DNA of 64,000 nucleotides, taken from the NCBI GenBank assembly GCA_038757895.1, contig JBCDGE010000012.1, positions 1 through 64,000 on the forward strand, in the 5' to 3' direction. The position numbers and the translations under genes were made by a program. A model generated the notes under the pieces. It was not told the DNA's origin. It ran no database searches and saw nothing but the letters and a program-made list of their open reading frames with translations. Positions 38,948 to 48,899 of the stretch are shown one piece after another; position 1 is the first letter of the stretch, and each line of letters starts with the position of its first letter. Source of the stretch: Planctomycetota bacterium. GTDB taxonomy: Bacteria; Planctomycetota; UBA1135; GCA-002686595.

Positions 38948-39508
38948 ACGTTTGGCGTCTACTTGACGAGAGGCGTTGGCAGGTGCGACTCCGTCGAGCT
39001 CGAGATTCTTGGGGCAGGAACTATGCGACAATCCTGACGTCGTCGCCTTGCGGTGGCGCTCGTTTGATTCTTCAGCGCGACTGCGAGAACTGCAACCCGT
39101 CGCAGATGATCCTTGTGCCGGAGTTGCGCAAAAGGGGCCAAGCGATCGCGACCTGGGCGCCTTGACAACGTGACAGGGGAGCGCCGGACGCAAAACCGTC
39201 CCATATGCGGGACGGCCCGAACGGGACCTCGATGCCGTTTCGCTCGTGGTCGTCGCACTCGAACGAGTCTGGCTCGCTCCCGCGCGATGGCCAAGCAGTG
39301 AGGGCTCCGTGTACTACACCGTCGGCGGCGGAGAGATGTCGAGGCTGCTGGTCGACGGCTCGCGCGACGCAGCTGCTGCGATCAGCGCTCGGCGACACGC
39401 CAGAAGTCGAAGAGTCGCCCTCCGAACCGAGTCGACTGCAGCCGCGATCTGTGCGGTCGTTGCTCCAGGACGAAGCGTGTGTCCTGGCCCGAGTGAGTTG
39501 TGTGTCGA

Positions 39509-40900
39509 TCATCCGCGCGCCACCGAGATCGTCTTCGGTACCGTGAACTGGCGGTGCCCGTCCGGGCCGCCGTGGAAGCCGTAGCCCGACTGGCGCGCGC
39601 CCACCCACGGCGAGCCCGGCGCGCCGCCGAGGTAGCGGTTCACCCCCACCTGGCCCGCGCGGATGCGGGACGCCACGCGCTCGCCGCGGCGGCGGTCCGC
39701 GGTCCAGACGTTCGCGCCCAGGCCGTACACCGTGTCGTTCGCGAGGCGCACCGCCTCGTCCTCGTCGCCGCTGAAGCGCGTCACCGCGACCACGGGGCCG
39801 AACGTCTCGACGTGCGTGATGCGGTGGTCCTGCTCGACGCCGGTCAGCACCGTCGCCGGGTAGAACCAGCCGGGACCGTCGGGGGTGGCGCCGCCGACGC
39901 GCAGCTGCGCCCCGTCCGCGACCGCGTCCTCGACCTGCTCGGCGACCTTGGCGCGCTGGTCCTCGCTCACGAGCGGGCCCATCTTCACGCCCTTCTCGCG
40001 ACCGTCGCCGTGGGTCCACTCGCGCGCGAGTTCGACCACGCGCTCCTCGAACGCGTCCGCCACCTCGTCGGCCACGTAGACGCGCTCGATCGAGCAGCAG
40101 ACCTGGCCCGTGTTGCGGAGCGAGTGTTCGACCGCTGACTTCGCCGCTTCTTCGACGTCCGCGTCCGCGAACACGACCATCGGGTCCTTGCCGCCGAGCT
40201 CCAGCACGAGCCGCTTCAGCGTCCCGACCGCGGCGTGCATGATCTTCTGGCCCGTGTCGCGGCTGCCGACGAACCCGACCATGTCGACGTCTGCGTCCAC
40301 GAGCGCCGCGCCGGTCCGTCCGTCGCCCTGGACGAGCACGAGCACGTCCTCGGGCAGCACCTGCTGCAGCAGCTCTGCGATCCGCGCGCCGGCGAGCGGC
40401 GTGTGCTCGCTCGGCTTGAACACGACCGTGTTGCCGGCGACCAGCGCCGGGACCAGGATCGTCAGCGGCATCCCCACCGGGAAGTTCCACGGCGTGATCG
40501 CCGCCACGACGCCGTGCGGGTCGCGGACCGTGCGCACCGTCTGGCCCTCGATGTCGTAGGTGATCGGCGCCAGTGACTCGACGATCTCGGCGGTCTTCGG
40601 AGCCACACCGATGGCGTAACCCTTGACCTCGCCGACCGACGTCCTGAGCGTCTTCCCCATCTCGCGGGTCGCGAGCAGCCCGAGCGCGTCGGCGTCCCTG
40701 CCCAGCGCCTCCCCGAAGCGGTCGAGCGCCGCGGCACGCTCCTCGATGGGCGTGGCCGCCCAGCCGTCGGCGGCAGCGCGCGCCCGCGCGACGGCCTGCA
40801 CGACCTCGTCGGACGTGGCGCAGGGGATCTCGGCGATCAGCTCGCCGGTGGCGGGGTCGATGTCGCGGATCGTGCGCGCGTCGCTGGCAACGGAGGTCAT
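39509..40900 (-). CDS. NAD(P)-dependent aldehyde dehydrogenase
   Basis: ITPWNFP, FKPSEHTP, VLELGGKDP (catalytic Glu), GQVCCSIERV (catalytic Cys), GFFYP-like WFYPATVL. 463 aa. Confidence 0.85.
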   Translation of the reverse strand: MTSVASDARTIRDIDPATGELIAEIPCATSDEVVQAVARARAAADGWAATPIEERAAALDRFGEALGRDADALGLLATREMGKTLRTSVGEVKGYAIGVAPKTAEIVESLAPITYDIEGQTVRTVRDPHGVVAAITPWNFPVGMPLTILVPALVAGNTVVFKPSEHTPLAGARIAELLQQVLPEDVLVLVQGDGRTGAALVDADVDMVGFVGSRDTGQKIMHAAVGTLKRLVLELGGKDPMVVFADADVEEAAKSAVEHSLRNTGQVCCSIERVYVADEVADAFEERVVELAREWTHGDGREKGVKMGPLVSEDQRAKVAEQVEDAVADGAQLRVGGATPDGPGWFYPATVLTGVEQDHRITHVETFGPVVAVTRFSGDEDEAVRLANDTVYGLGANVWTADRRRGERVASRIRAGQVGVNRYLGGAPGSPWVGARQSGYGFHGGPDGHRQFTVPKTISVARG

Positions 40901-40973
40901 GGCGCTCGCATCCTAGTGCCCTGATCGCAGCTCGACCGCACAATGGGGCGCCGCCGCGCCGCCACGCCAAGCC

Positions 40974-43349
40974 TTGGAATCCACACCTCACTCCTGGACC
41001 CGCACGCGCGAGGTCTTCCTCGAGCTGGCCGACCTGGGCGCCGGGGCCCGGAGCGAGGCGCTCGATCGGCTCCGCGCGTCGGACCCCGCCCTGGCGCGCG
41101 AGGTCGCAGAGCTCCTCGACCACGACCTCGACGCGACCGAGCTGCCCGCGGAGTCGTCCAACGCGCGCTTCGGCCCCTACGTTGCCATCGAGCGCATCGG
41201 CGCCGGCGGCATGGGCGAGGTCTACCTCGCACGCCGCGACGACGGCGAGTTCGAGCGCGAGGTTGCGGTCAAGGTCCTGCGCGGCGGCGCCGCAGGACCG
41301 GACCTGACGGCCCGCTTCCAGCGCGAGCGACAGACCCTCGCCGCCCTGAGCCACGAGTCGATCGTGCGGCTGCTCGACGGCGGGACGACCGCGGACGGCC
41401 GCGCGTACTTCGTCATGGAGTACGTCGAGGGGCTCAACCTCGACCACCACGCGCGCGACCTCGGACGCCGCGAGCGCCTGGAGCTCTTCCTGCGCGTGCT
41501 CCACGCCGTCGCGCACGCCCACGGGCGAGGCGTCGTGCACCGAGATCTCAAGCCCTCGAACATCCTCGTCCGCGCCGACGGCGCGGTGCGGCTCGTCGAC
41601 TTCGGGATCGCGCGCCTCCTGGGGACGGACCCGGAGCTCGGACGGGGCCAGACGCTCACGCGGACGGGGCAGCGCGTGTTCACGCCCGAGTACGCGAGCC
41701 CCGAGCAGGTCGGCGGGGAGCGCACGTCCCCCGCAACGGACGTCTTCGCGCTCGGCGTGATCCTGTACGAGCTGCTGGCGGGCAGCTCGCCCTGGCCCTC
41801 GGGTGGGACCACGCACGACCTGGAGCGAGCGATCCTGGAGGCGAGCCCGCCGGCGCCCAGCCGCCGCGCGACCGGAACCCAGGCGCGCGCGCTCCGGGGC
41901 AACCTGGACACGATCGTCCTGAAGTGCCTGGAGCGCGATCCTGCGCGGCGTTACCCGGATGCCGCCGCGCTCGCGGCGGACATCGAGCGCGAGCTCAGCG
42001 GACGCACGATCGAGGCGCGCCGCGCCACCGCGCTCGAGCGCGGCCTTCGCTTCGTCCGCCGTCGGCCCTGGCACACGCTCGCGGCCGCCTCGTCCGTCGT
42101 GGCCATCGTGGCGGCGGGCCTCGTCCTCGTCTCCCGCGGCGAGGAGACGCGACGCCAGGGGGCACTGGCCGACCAGATGCCCGACCGGCTCGCGGCCGTC
42201 CACGGCCTGATCCAGGCGCGTGCGTTCGACCGCGCGGAGTCCCAGCTCGCGCGGGCGGCCGAGGACATCGCGTCCCTCTCGGACGCGGGTGCGCTCGACG
42301 CCCTCCGTCGCCTGCGCGTCATGGAGCTCGAGCTGGCGCAGGGTCGATCGGCGCGCGTCCTGGACGAGGTCGAAGCCGCGCGCTCCGTCGCCGCGTTCGA
42401 GTCTCCCGACCACGTGCACCTCGCGCTGGAGCTGCGCTTCTTCGAGGCCAACGCGCTCGCCGGCCTGGGTCGGATCCCGGAGGCGGAGCGGGTGGCCCGC
42501 GAGACCATGAAGGCCGCCGAGGGCGTCCTGCCGGCTTCCCACTCGATCCGGATCGACCTGGCGACGATCCTCGCCCGCGCGCACCTGGAGCGCGGCGAGC
42601 TCGACGCGGGTCACGAGCTGCTGGAGTCGGTCCGGCAGCCGGCCCTGGAGCGTGGGATCGAGAACGACCCGGTCGTCGCGCGGATCGACGGACTCCTCGG
42701 TCGCTGGCTCCGCGAGGTCGGCCGCCCGAAGGAGGCGCTCGAGCGCCTGGAGAGCGCTCGCTCGGCCCTGCGCTGGAGCTACGGCGACCGCCACCCCGAC
42801 GTCGCCGAGCTCACGATGGTCCTCGCTCGCATCCGCTTCGAGCAGGGAGATCTCGACCGCGCATGGGAGGAGATCCAGGCCGCGCGCGCCGCGTTCCGCG
42901 CGTTCAACAGCCCGATGATGCGGGCCTACCTCCTGGAGCTCGCGAGCCACGTCGCGTCCGCACGCGGAGACCTGGAAGGGAAGCTCGGCGCGCTGGAGGA
43001 GAACCTGGAGAACGTCGAGACCCACCTCTTCCCCGACTTCCGGCCGCAGTGGTGCGTCAGCCAGATGCACCGCGGCATCACGCTGGGCGAGATGGGCCGG
43101 CTCGACGAGTCGATCGAGGCGTTCGAGGCGGCGCTCGCTCCGGCACCGGGCAGCGACGTGCCGGCGGTCGCTCCGAAGGGACCCCAGGTCGAGGCCGAGA
43201 TCCGCGCGAGCTTCGCGGAGGTCCTTCGCGCAGCGGGGTTCCCGGACGAGGCGCGCGACGAGTTCGCGCACGCCGCGGACCTCTTCGAGGAGGCCCTCGG
43301 TGCGGACCATCCCGTGACGAAGAAGGCGCGCGCGCTCGGCGGCGGCTGA
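40974..43349 (+). CDS. Serine/threonine protein kinase with C-terminal TPR-repeat domain
   Basis: Hanks kinase motifs: GAGGMGEVY, VAVK, HRDLKPSNIL, DFGIAR, SPEQ. About 500-aa TPR-like helical C-terminus. 791 aa. Confidence 0.8.
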   Translation: MESTPHSWTRTREVFLELADLGAGARSEALDRLRASDPALAREVAELLDHDLDATELPAESSNARFGPYVAIERIGAGGMGEVYLARRDDGEFEREVAVKVLRGGAAGPDLTARFQRERQTLAALSHESIVRLLDGGTTADGRAYFVMEYVEGLNLDHHARDLGRRERLELFLRVLHAVAHAHGRGVVHRDLKPSNILVRADGAVRLVDFGIARLLGTDPELGRGQTLTRTGQRVFTPEYASPEQVGGERTSPATDVFALGVILYELLAGSSPWPSGGTTHDLERAILEASPPAPSRRATGTQARALRGNLDTIVLKCLERDPARRYPDAAALAADIERELSGRTIEARRATALERGLRFVRRRPWHTLAAASSVVAIVAAGLVLVSRGEETRRQGALADQMPDRLAAVHGLIQARAFDRAESQLARAAEDIASLSDAGALDALRRLRVMELELAQGRSARVLDEVEAARSVAAFESPDHVHLALELRFFEANALAGLGRIPEAERVARETMKAAEGVLPASHSIRIDLATILARAHLERGELDAGHELLESVRQPALERGIENDPVVARIDGLLGRWLREVGRPKEALERLESARSALRWSYGDRHPDVAELTMVLARIRFEQGDLDRAWEEIQAARAAFRAFNSPMMRAYLLELASHVASARGDLEGKLGALEENLENVETHLFPDFRPQWCVSQMHRGITLGEMGRLDESIEAFEAALAPAPGSDVPAVAPKGPQVEAEIRASFAEVLRAAGFPDEARDEFAHAADLFEEALGADHPVTKKARALGGG

Positions 43350-43364
43350 CCCGCGGGGGCCGAG

Positions 43365-43925
43365 TCAGTCGACCTCGGAGACGCGGCGCGCGAGCCAGGC
43401 GCGGGCCGCCCGCCAGGACCGCTCGACCGTTCGGTCGGAGACCCCGAGGAGGGCCGCCACCTCCGCCACGGACAGCCCACCGAACCAGCGGAGCTCGACG
43501 ATGCGTGCTCCCTGCGCGTCGATCTCGGCGAACGCCACGAGCGCCTCGTCGAGGGCGACGACGGCCTCGGGCTCGTCCTCCAGCGGGCTCGCGACCTCGA
43601 ACAGCGTCACGCGCGCCCCACCCCCGCCGCGCCGGTCCGCGAGGCGCGCTCGCGCGTGCTCCAGGAGGACGCGCCGCATCGCGGTGGAGGCGTAGGACAG
43701 GAACGCCCCCTTGCCGTCCCACTCGGCCCGCGCGCCCTGGACGAGCCGCACGTAGGCCTCGTGGACGAGGGCAGTGGGCTGGAGCGTGTGCCCCTTGCGC
43801 TCACTCGCGAGCTGGCGCGCGGCGATGGAGCGAAGCTCGGCGTGCAGGGTCGCCACGAGGTCGGAGACGGCGCCGTCGTCGCCGGCGCGGGCGGCGTCGA
43901 TGAGGTGGGTGACGTCGGTCGCCAT
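43365..43925 (-). CDS. ECF RNA polymerase sigma factor (convergent with the Ser/Thr kinase)
   Basis: Region 2 LVHEAYVRL and region 4 ARIVELRWFGGLSVAEVAALLGVSDRTVERSWRAARAWL. Start at ATG ending 43925. The upstream part of ORF 43365..44687 is spurious. Confidence 0.75.
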   Translation of the reverse strand: MATDVTHLIDAARAGDDGAVSDLVATLHAELRSIAARQLASERKGHTLQPTALVHEAYVRLVQGARAEWDGKGAFLSYASTAMRRVLLEHARARLADRRGGGGARVTLFEVASPLEDEPEAVVALDEALVAFAEIDAQGARIVELRWFGGLSVAEVAALLGVSDRTVERSWRAARAWLARRVSEVD

Positions 43926-44117
43926 GGCCGGAGGGTACGGCGATCGCTCCGACCGCAGGCCCGGCGCGCTGGCCGTTGCCGCCTTTTTTCGAACTCGGTG
44001 TCGGCCCACGGGCGGGGCCTGCACTCGGGGGGGTGAGGCCGCGGGACAAGGGTGCCCGGGCCGACCCGAACCCCCTGAAGAAACCGGCGCGGAGCACGCC
44101 TCCGCGCGGATCGACCG

Positions 44118-46565
44118 ATGACACCGACCACTCGTTCCTTCCTGTCCCCCCGCGCTCTCATGCTCGCGATGGGACTCCCCCTGGGAGTCCTCGCGCCGGC
44201 CTCGGCACAGTCTCTCGATGGGGCCTTCGACGGCACCGGCTCCGAGTCCGTCGAGGCGTCCGCGCCCCGCTCCTTCCAGGTCCGCGATCTCCTGGACGCC
44301 CCCCTGATCGACGCGACCGCCGAGCCGGGCGCGGTCTGGACGCGCGATCGCAACCAGCGCCTGCGCTTCGGCGAGGGCTCGATCGAGGTCCTCCCGGTCT
44401 TCGGCACGAACTCGCCCCAGGAGTGGCCCGTCGAGATCACGGTGCACGGGGCGACGGTCGGCGCCGAGTCCCTGAACGTGACCCCAACGGGCGCCCCCAT
44501 CGTCCTGGAGTCCCGCGTCGTCCAGCCCCGTGCGGCGCTGCGCGGCGTCCACCACCTCGGACGCGACGGGTTCGAGCAGACCTTCGTCTTCGACACGCTC
44601 CCGACGCGCGGTGAGCTCTCCCTGCTGCTCGGCGTCGAGACCGAGCTCGGGGTGGAGACCGGAGGCGGCGCGCTGTCGTTCGTCCACCCGACGCTCGGGC
44701 GCGTCGACGTGGGCGAGGCGACCGCGATCGACGCCGACGGGCGTCGCTCACCGGTCGAGCGCCGCTGGGTCGGCGAGGGCATCGAGCTCGTCGTCCCCGC
44801 GGACTTCGTCGAGACCGCCCAGCTGCCGCTGACCATCGACCCGGTCTGGCAGACCTTCGTGAACGACTTCGGCGCTCCGGACGATGGCCACTCGGACATC
44901 GTCTACGCGGGTGAGTCGCAGCGCTACGTGTTCGTGTGGGAGGAGTTCACCTCTCTGGTGAACCGGGACGTCTACGCGACGTTCCTCGACGCTTCGCTGA
45001 ACAACCAGGGCAACGCGATCGCGATCGACATGACGAACGAGGATTGGACTGCGCCTGCGATCGCGTACGCCAACCTGGAAGATCGTGTGCTCATCGCAGC
45101 CACGGCGCTCAACGGCACCAGCTCGCGCCGCGTCGCCGGGCGTCTCGTGAACGTCGGTTCATTCACTCCCTTCGGAGGGACTCTCTCGATCAGCACGATC
45201 GGGACGACGATCAAGAGCAGCGTCGACGTCGGCGGCTCGAACGCGATGAGCTCGATCCAGTCGAACTTCGCGGTGACCTGGTCGCGCCAGACAGGAAGCG
45301 GCAACGGCAACATCGAGCACCGCATCGTCAAGTCCGACGGCACGTTCGTGACGCCCGTGGTCACCGTGGACTCCTCGAGCGCCAACGACATACAGGTCGC
45401 GATCTCCCAGGGACTCGGAGATACGTCGCTGCTGGGCGACAACTGGCACCTCGTGTGGATCCGCGAGGGCAACAACGACGATCGGGGCGATCTCTTCGGC
45501 AAGCGCCTCTACTACAACGGCAGCCAGGCGTCCTCGTCGGACCAGTTCCTGATCGACTCGTCCGGCGACTACGCGCACCCCGACGTCAGTTCTCTCTTCG
45601 ACGAGCCCGACGCGTTCACCGGAGAGCGCGGCGCGATCGTCGTCGCCGAGGCGTTCAAGTTCGACAACCTCCGTCCGGGCGGATACCGGACAGACATCGA
45701 GGCGCGCCTGATCAGCGACGACGACTTCACGGGCGAGCGGCTCTACCTCAGCGCCATGGAGGACGCCGAGCGCCAGCTCCTTCAGGCGCGACCGCGGGTC
45801 GCAACGGACGGGACGGCGTTCTACGTCACGTACATGGAGGAGGAGCCGACGATGATCAACGGCGGTGTCTGGAACATCTTCATGACGTCCGGCGACACCA
45901 TCGAAGGCACCCTGCGGAGCGGCGTCGCCCTCGGCGAGCGCCACGTCGAGCTCGCGGCCGCCCTCGGCTCGGAGTCGGACGTCAGCGTGACGACGCGCTG
46001 GAACGGTGAGAGGAACTCGGCGTCGAAGGAGGGAGTTGCGATCTGGACGGTCGTCGACGACAACCTCGCCGGCGGCTACGGCCAGATCGATGGAGCTGGC
46101 TTCGAGCACATCCTTCCCTTCATCACGCCGATCCGCTCGGTGGGCGTCCAGTACGGCGAAGCACTCCTCACGTCGTCCGATGACGATGCAACGGGCTGGA
46201 TGCGCATCTTCGGCAACCAGAATCGATCGACCACTCACATCGCCCAGGCGATCGACCTTCCGCCGGACGTCTTCGGGTTCCTGCTCGTCTCGCGCGAGCC
46301 GGGGCAGGTGAACTTCCCCGGCGGCAGCTCGGGTCGGCTCCTCCTCGGGGGACAGATCGGTCGCTACGTGGACCAGATCACGTCCAGCGGGACCTTCGGT
46401 CGAATGAGCTTCAACATCGATCCGTTCGACCTGCCCCAGCCCGCCGGCGCAGCGTCGGCTCTCGTCAACGAGACCTGGCACTTCCAGGCATGGCACCGCG
46501 ACTCCGTGAATGGCCAGCCCACGTCGAACCTGACGAACGGCGTGCGGGTGACGTTCAAGAACTGA
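44118..46565 (+). CDS. Large secreted protein of unknown function with conserved C-terminal about 95-aa domain
   Basis: Signal peptide (MLAMGLPLGVLAPASAQS). 815 aa, Ser/Thr/Gly/Asp-rich beta-like sequence. C-terminus homologous to the C-terminus of the S8 peptidase at 58281..60137. Confidence 0.6.
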   Translation: MTPTTRSFLSPRALMLAMGLPLGVLAPASAQSLDGAFDGTGSESVEASAPRSFQVRDLLDAPLIDATAEPGAVWTRDRNQRLRFGEGSIEVLPVFGTNSPQEWPVEITVHGATVGAESLNVTPTGAPIVLESRVVQPRAALRGVHHLGRDGFEQTFVFDTLPTRGELSLLLGVETELGVETGGGALSFVHPTLGRVDVGEATAIDADGRRSPVERRWVGEGIELVVPADFVETAQLPLTIDPVWQTFVNDFGAPDDGHSDIVYAGESQRYVFVWEEFTSLVNRDVYATFLDASLNNQGNAIAIDMTNEDWTAPAIAYANLEDRVLIAATALNGTSSRRVAGRLVNVGSFTPFGGTLSISTIGTTIKSSVDVGGSNAMSSIQSNFAVTWSRQTGSGNGNIEHRIVKSDGTFVTPVVTVDSSSANDIQVAISQGLGDTSLLGDNWHLVWIREGNNDDRGDLFGKRLYYNGSQASSSDQFLIDSSGDYAHPDVSSLFDEPDAFTGERGAIVVAEAFKFDNLRPGGYRTDIEARLISDDDFTGERLYLSAMEDAERQLLQARPRVATDGTAFYVTYMEEEPTMINGGVWNIFMTSGDTIEGTLRSGVALGERHVELAAALGSESDVSVTTRWNGERNSASKEGVAIWTVVDDNLAGGYGQIDGAGFEHILPFITPIRSVGVQYGEALLTSSDDDATGWMRIFGNQNRSTTHIAQAIDLPPDVFGFLLVSREPGQVNFPGGSSGRLLLGGQIGRYVDQITSSGTFGRMSFNIDPFDLPQPAGAASALVNETWHFQAWHRDSVNGQPTSNLTNGVRVTFKN

Positions 46566-46666
46566 CCCGAGGCCGTCACGTCCTGCCCGGGCGGCGTCAC
46601 CATGGACCCTCGACGGGAGCGAAGGCTCCCCTCGGGGGTCCGCTTCGTTGCCGGGACGCCCGACGA

Positions 46667-47257
46667 CTACCGGACCATGCCGGCGCGCATGAGCGGCCAG
46701 AGCCGCACGCGCACCTTGCCGCGCAGGTACTCACGCGGGACCTGGCCGAACTCGCGGCTGTCCGAGCTGCGGATCCGGTTGTCGCCGAGGACGAAGTACG
46801 AGTCCTCCTCGACGACCGTGTCCACGAAGGCGTACGGGTCGTTCGCGTTCGGGTCGACGTAGGGCTCCTCGAGGAGCTCGCCGTTCACCCACACGAGCCC
46901 GTCGATGATCTGGACCCGGTCGCCGGGCAGGCCGACCACGCGCTTCACGTAGTCGAGCGACGGGTTCATCGGGTAGCGCAGGACGACGACGTCGCCGCGG
47001 CCGACCGACGCGAACAGGTACGAGACGTGGTCGACGAGGATCCGGTCGCGGTCGCGGATGCCGGGCATCATCGAGCTGCCGCGGACCTCGCTGAAGTTGA
47101 AGCAGAGCGCCCACGCCAGCAGCATCATCACGAAGCTCTTGGCGGTGAACGTCACCGCCACGCGGGTGAAGCTACGGCGGGGCCGCGGGCGCTGCGGCAG
47201 CGGCGGGAGCGGCCGCCCTTTGCGGCGCTCGGCCTCGCCGTCGCGCGGCCGGAACAT
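46667..47257 (-). CDS. lepB: Signal peptidase I
   Basis: SSMMPGI (catalytic Ser box B), VKRVVGLPGD (box D, Lys), VLGDNRIRSSDSR (box E). Start at ATG ending 47257. The rest of ORF 46667..48157 is spurious. Confidence 0.8.
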   Translation of the reverse strand: MFRPRDGEAERRKGRPLPPLPQRPRPRRSFTRVAVTFTAKSFVMMLLAWALCFNFSEVRGSSMMPGIRDRDRILVDHVSYLFASVGRGDVVVLRYPMNPSLDYVKRVVGLPGDRVQIIDGLVWVNGELLEEPYVDPNANDPYAFVDTVVEEDSYFVLGDNRIRSSDSREFGQVPREYLRGKVRVRLWPLMRAGMVR

Positions 47258-47631
47258 CGAGCTCCGACGCCCGGGATGGTCGTGCTCGACCTCACCGCGG
47301 CGTACGCGGCGGCGGCGATCCTCGACGGGGCGCGCCTCGGGGCCTACCCCGTGCCCTCTGTTCCCTCTCTGCGGCGTCACCCGTCCCGCATCGGAGACGT
47401 GCGACGCGTGAATCAAGCCGTTGAGAACGAACTGGACGAGCGTCCTCGGTCGAGACGCGCCGGGTCCAGGATCTGTACAGGCGCTCCGGATGAGGCGTCG
47501 GCGGACGCTCCGACGCATGGGGAGCCCGACGGACGTTCGCGAGGCCCCCGTTCGGCTCGAATTTCGCTCCCCGACGGGCGAACGGACCGGCCAGCGGCGC
47601 GCCGCGCTGCCCCGTTCCCTACCCTCCCCGC

Positions 47632-48861
47632 ATGGCGATCTCCCCCACCCCGCCGTCGGCGCCGGCCGCGGACGACCCCCGTGCGTCCGCGATCCGCGCC
47701 GCCCTCGCCGGAACCCCCGACCCGCCCGCCCCGCTGACCCCGGACGAGCGCACCGCGTTCCGCGCCAGGCTGTCCGCGCTGCTCGCCGCCGAGGGCGCCG
47801 ACGCGCTCCTCGTCGAGCCCGGCGGCACGCTGGAGCACCTGACGGGCGTCGTCCTCGGCCGCTCCGAGCGCCTGCTCGCCGCCGCCGTGCTGGCCGACGG
47901 CACCTTCGTGTGGGTCTCGCCGGCCTTCGAGGCCTCGCGGGTCGGGACCCTCTGCGAGCGCGCCTCGGGCAGCCCGGAGCTTGGCTCGAACGTCCTCCCG
48001 TGGGACGAGCACGAGAGCGCTGTCTCGGCCCTCGCGGCCGACCTCGGCCGGCGCGGCGTCGGGCGCGTCCTCGCCGACCCGGACGTGCGCACGCGCTTCG
48101 CCCTCCCGCTCGGCGCCGCGCTCGGCCGGCCCGTCGAGGACGGCGCGGCGGTCGCACGCTCTCTCCGCGGCGTGAAGACGGAGCGCGAGCTGGACATCCT
48201 GCGCTCGGCGCAGGAGCGCACCCAGGCCGCGATCCGCGCCGTCTACGAGGTCACCGAGCCCGGCATGCGCTCCTCCGAGGTCGGCGCGCTGGCCCACTTC
48301 GCCCAGCAGCATCTCGGCCTCGACGGCACCTGGGACCTCTCCCTCGCCGGGCCGTCGGGCGCCTTCCCCCACGGCGACGAGGTCGACCGCGAGTTGGAGA
48401 CGGGCAGCGTGATTCTGCTCGACACCGGCGGACGGCTGCACGGGTACTGCTCGGACACGACGCGGACCTGGGTCGTCGGCGCGCCGCCGTCGGACGAGGT
48501 CCAGCGCGTCTGGGACGCCGTGCGCTCCGCCCAGCTCGCTGGCTACGAGGCGATGCGCCCCGGCGCGCGGACGGGCGACGCCGACCGCGCGGCCCGGGAG
48601 GCGCTCGCCGGGGCCGGCTACGACGGCGGATACCGGCACCTCTCCCACCGCCTCGGCCACGGGATCGGCGTCGAGATCCACGAGCCGCCCTACCTCGACG
48701 GCGGGTCGGACGTCCCCATGGAGGCCGGCATGTGCTTCACGAACGAGCCCGGGATCTACCTGCCCGGCAGCTTCGGGCTACGCATCGAGGACATCTGCGT
48801 GGTGACCGAGGACGGCGCGGACCACTTCGGCCAGTGGCAGGAGGGCCCGGCGGCGCCGTGA
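47632..48861 (+). CDS. M24-family Xaa-Pro peptidase (creatinase/prolidase fold)
   Basis: Pita-bread metal ligands (DTGGRLHGYCSDTTRT, HRLGHGIGVEIHE, NEPG, RIEDI). 409 aa. Confidence 0.75.
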   Translation: MAISPTPPSAPAADDPRASAIRAALAGTPDPPAPLTPDERTAFRARLSALLAAEGADALLVEPGGTLEHLTGVVLGRSERLLAAAVLADGTFVWVSPAFEASRVGTLCERASGSPELGSNVLPWDEHESAVSALAADLGRRGVGRVLADPDVRTRFALPLGAALGRPVEDGAAVARSLRGVKTERELDILRSAQERTQAAIRAVYEVTEPGMRSSEVGALAHFAQQHLGLDGTWDLSLAGPSGAFPHGDEVDRELETGSVILLDTGGRLHGYCSDTTRTWVVGAPPSDEVQRVWDAVRSAQLAGYEAMRPGARTGDADRAAREALAGAGYDGGYRHLSHRLGHGIGVEIHEPPYLDGGSDVPMEAGMCFTNEPGIYLPGSFGLRIEDICVVTEDGADHFGQWQEGPAAP

Positions 48862-48899
48862 GCCCGGACGAGTCGCGCCACGCATCGAGGCGCGGGCCC

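Noticed and set aside
39150-39200. TTGACA hexamer (39163-39168) read as a -35 promoter element
   Set aside because: It is on the plus strand and points into the 3' end of the minus-strand aldehyde dehydrogenase gene. There is no -10 partner at proper spacing. It is probably coincidental.
39072-43310. 1412-codon ORF on the minus strand
   Set aside because: Translation is almost pure Arg/Gly/Ala/Pro/Asp low-complexity. It is exactly antisense to a well-supported aldehyde dehydrogenase and a Ser/Thr kinase-TPR gene, a typical GC-rich third-position artefact.
46266-46562. Interpretation of the shared C-terminal domain as a T9SS (Por_Secre_tail) CTD
   Set aside because: It lacks the characteristic T9SS CTD motifs and the basic C-terminal end. 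The termini here are VRVTFKN and LAVFFE. Kept as an unassigned shared domain instead.
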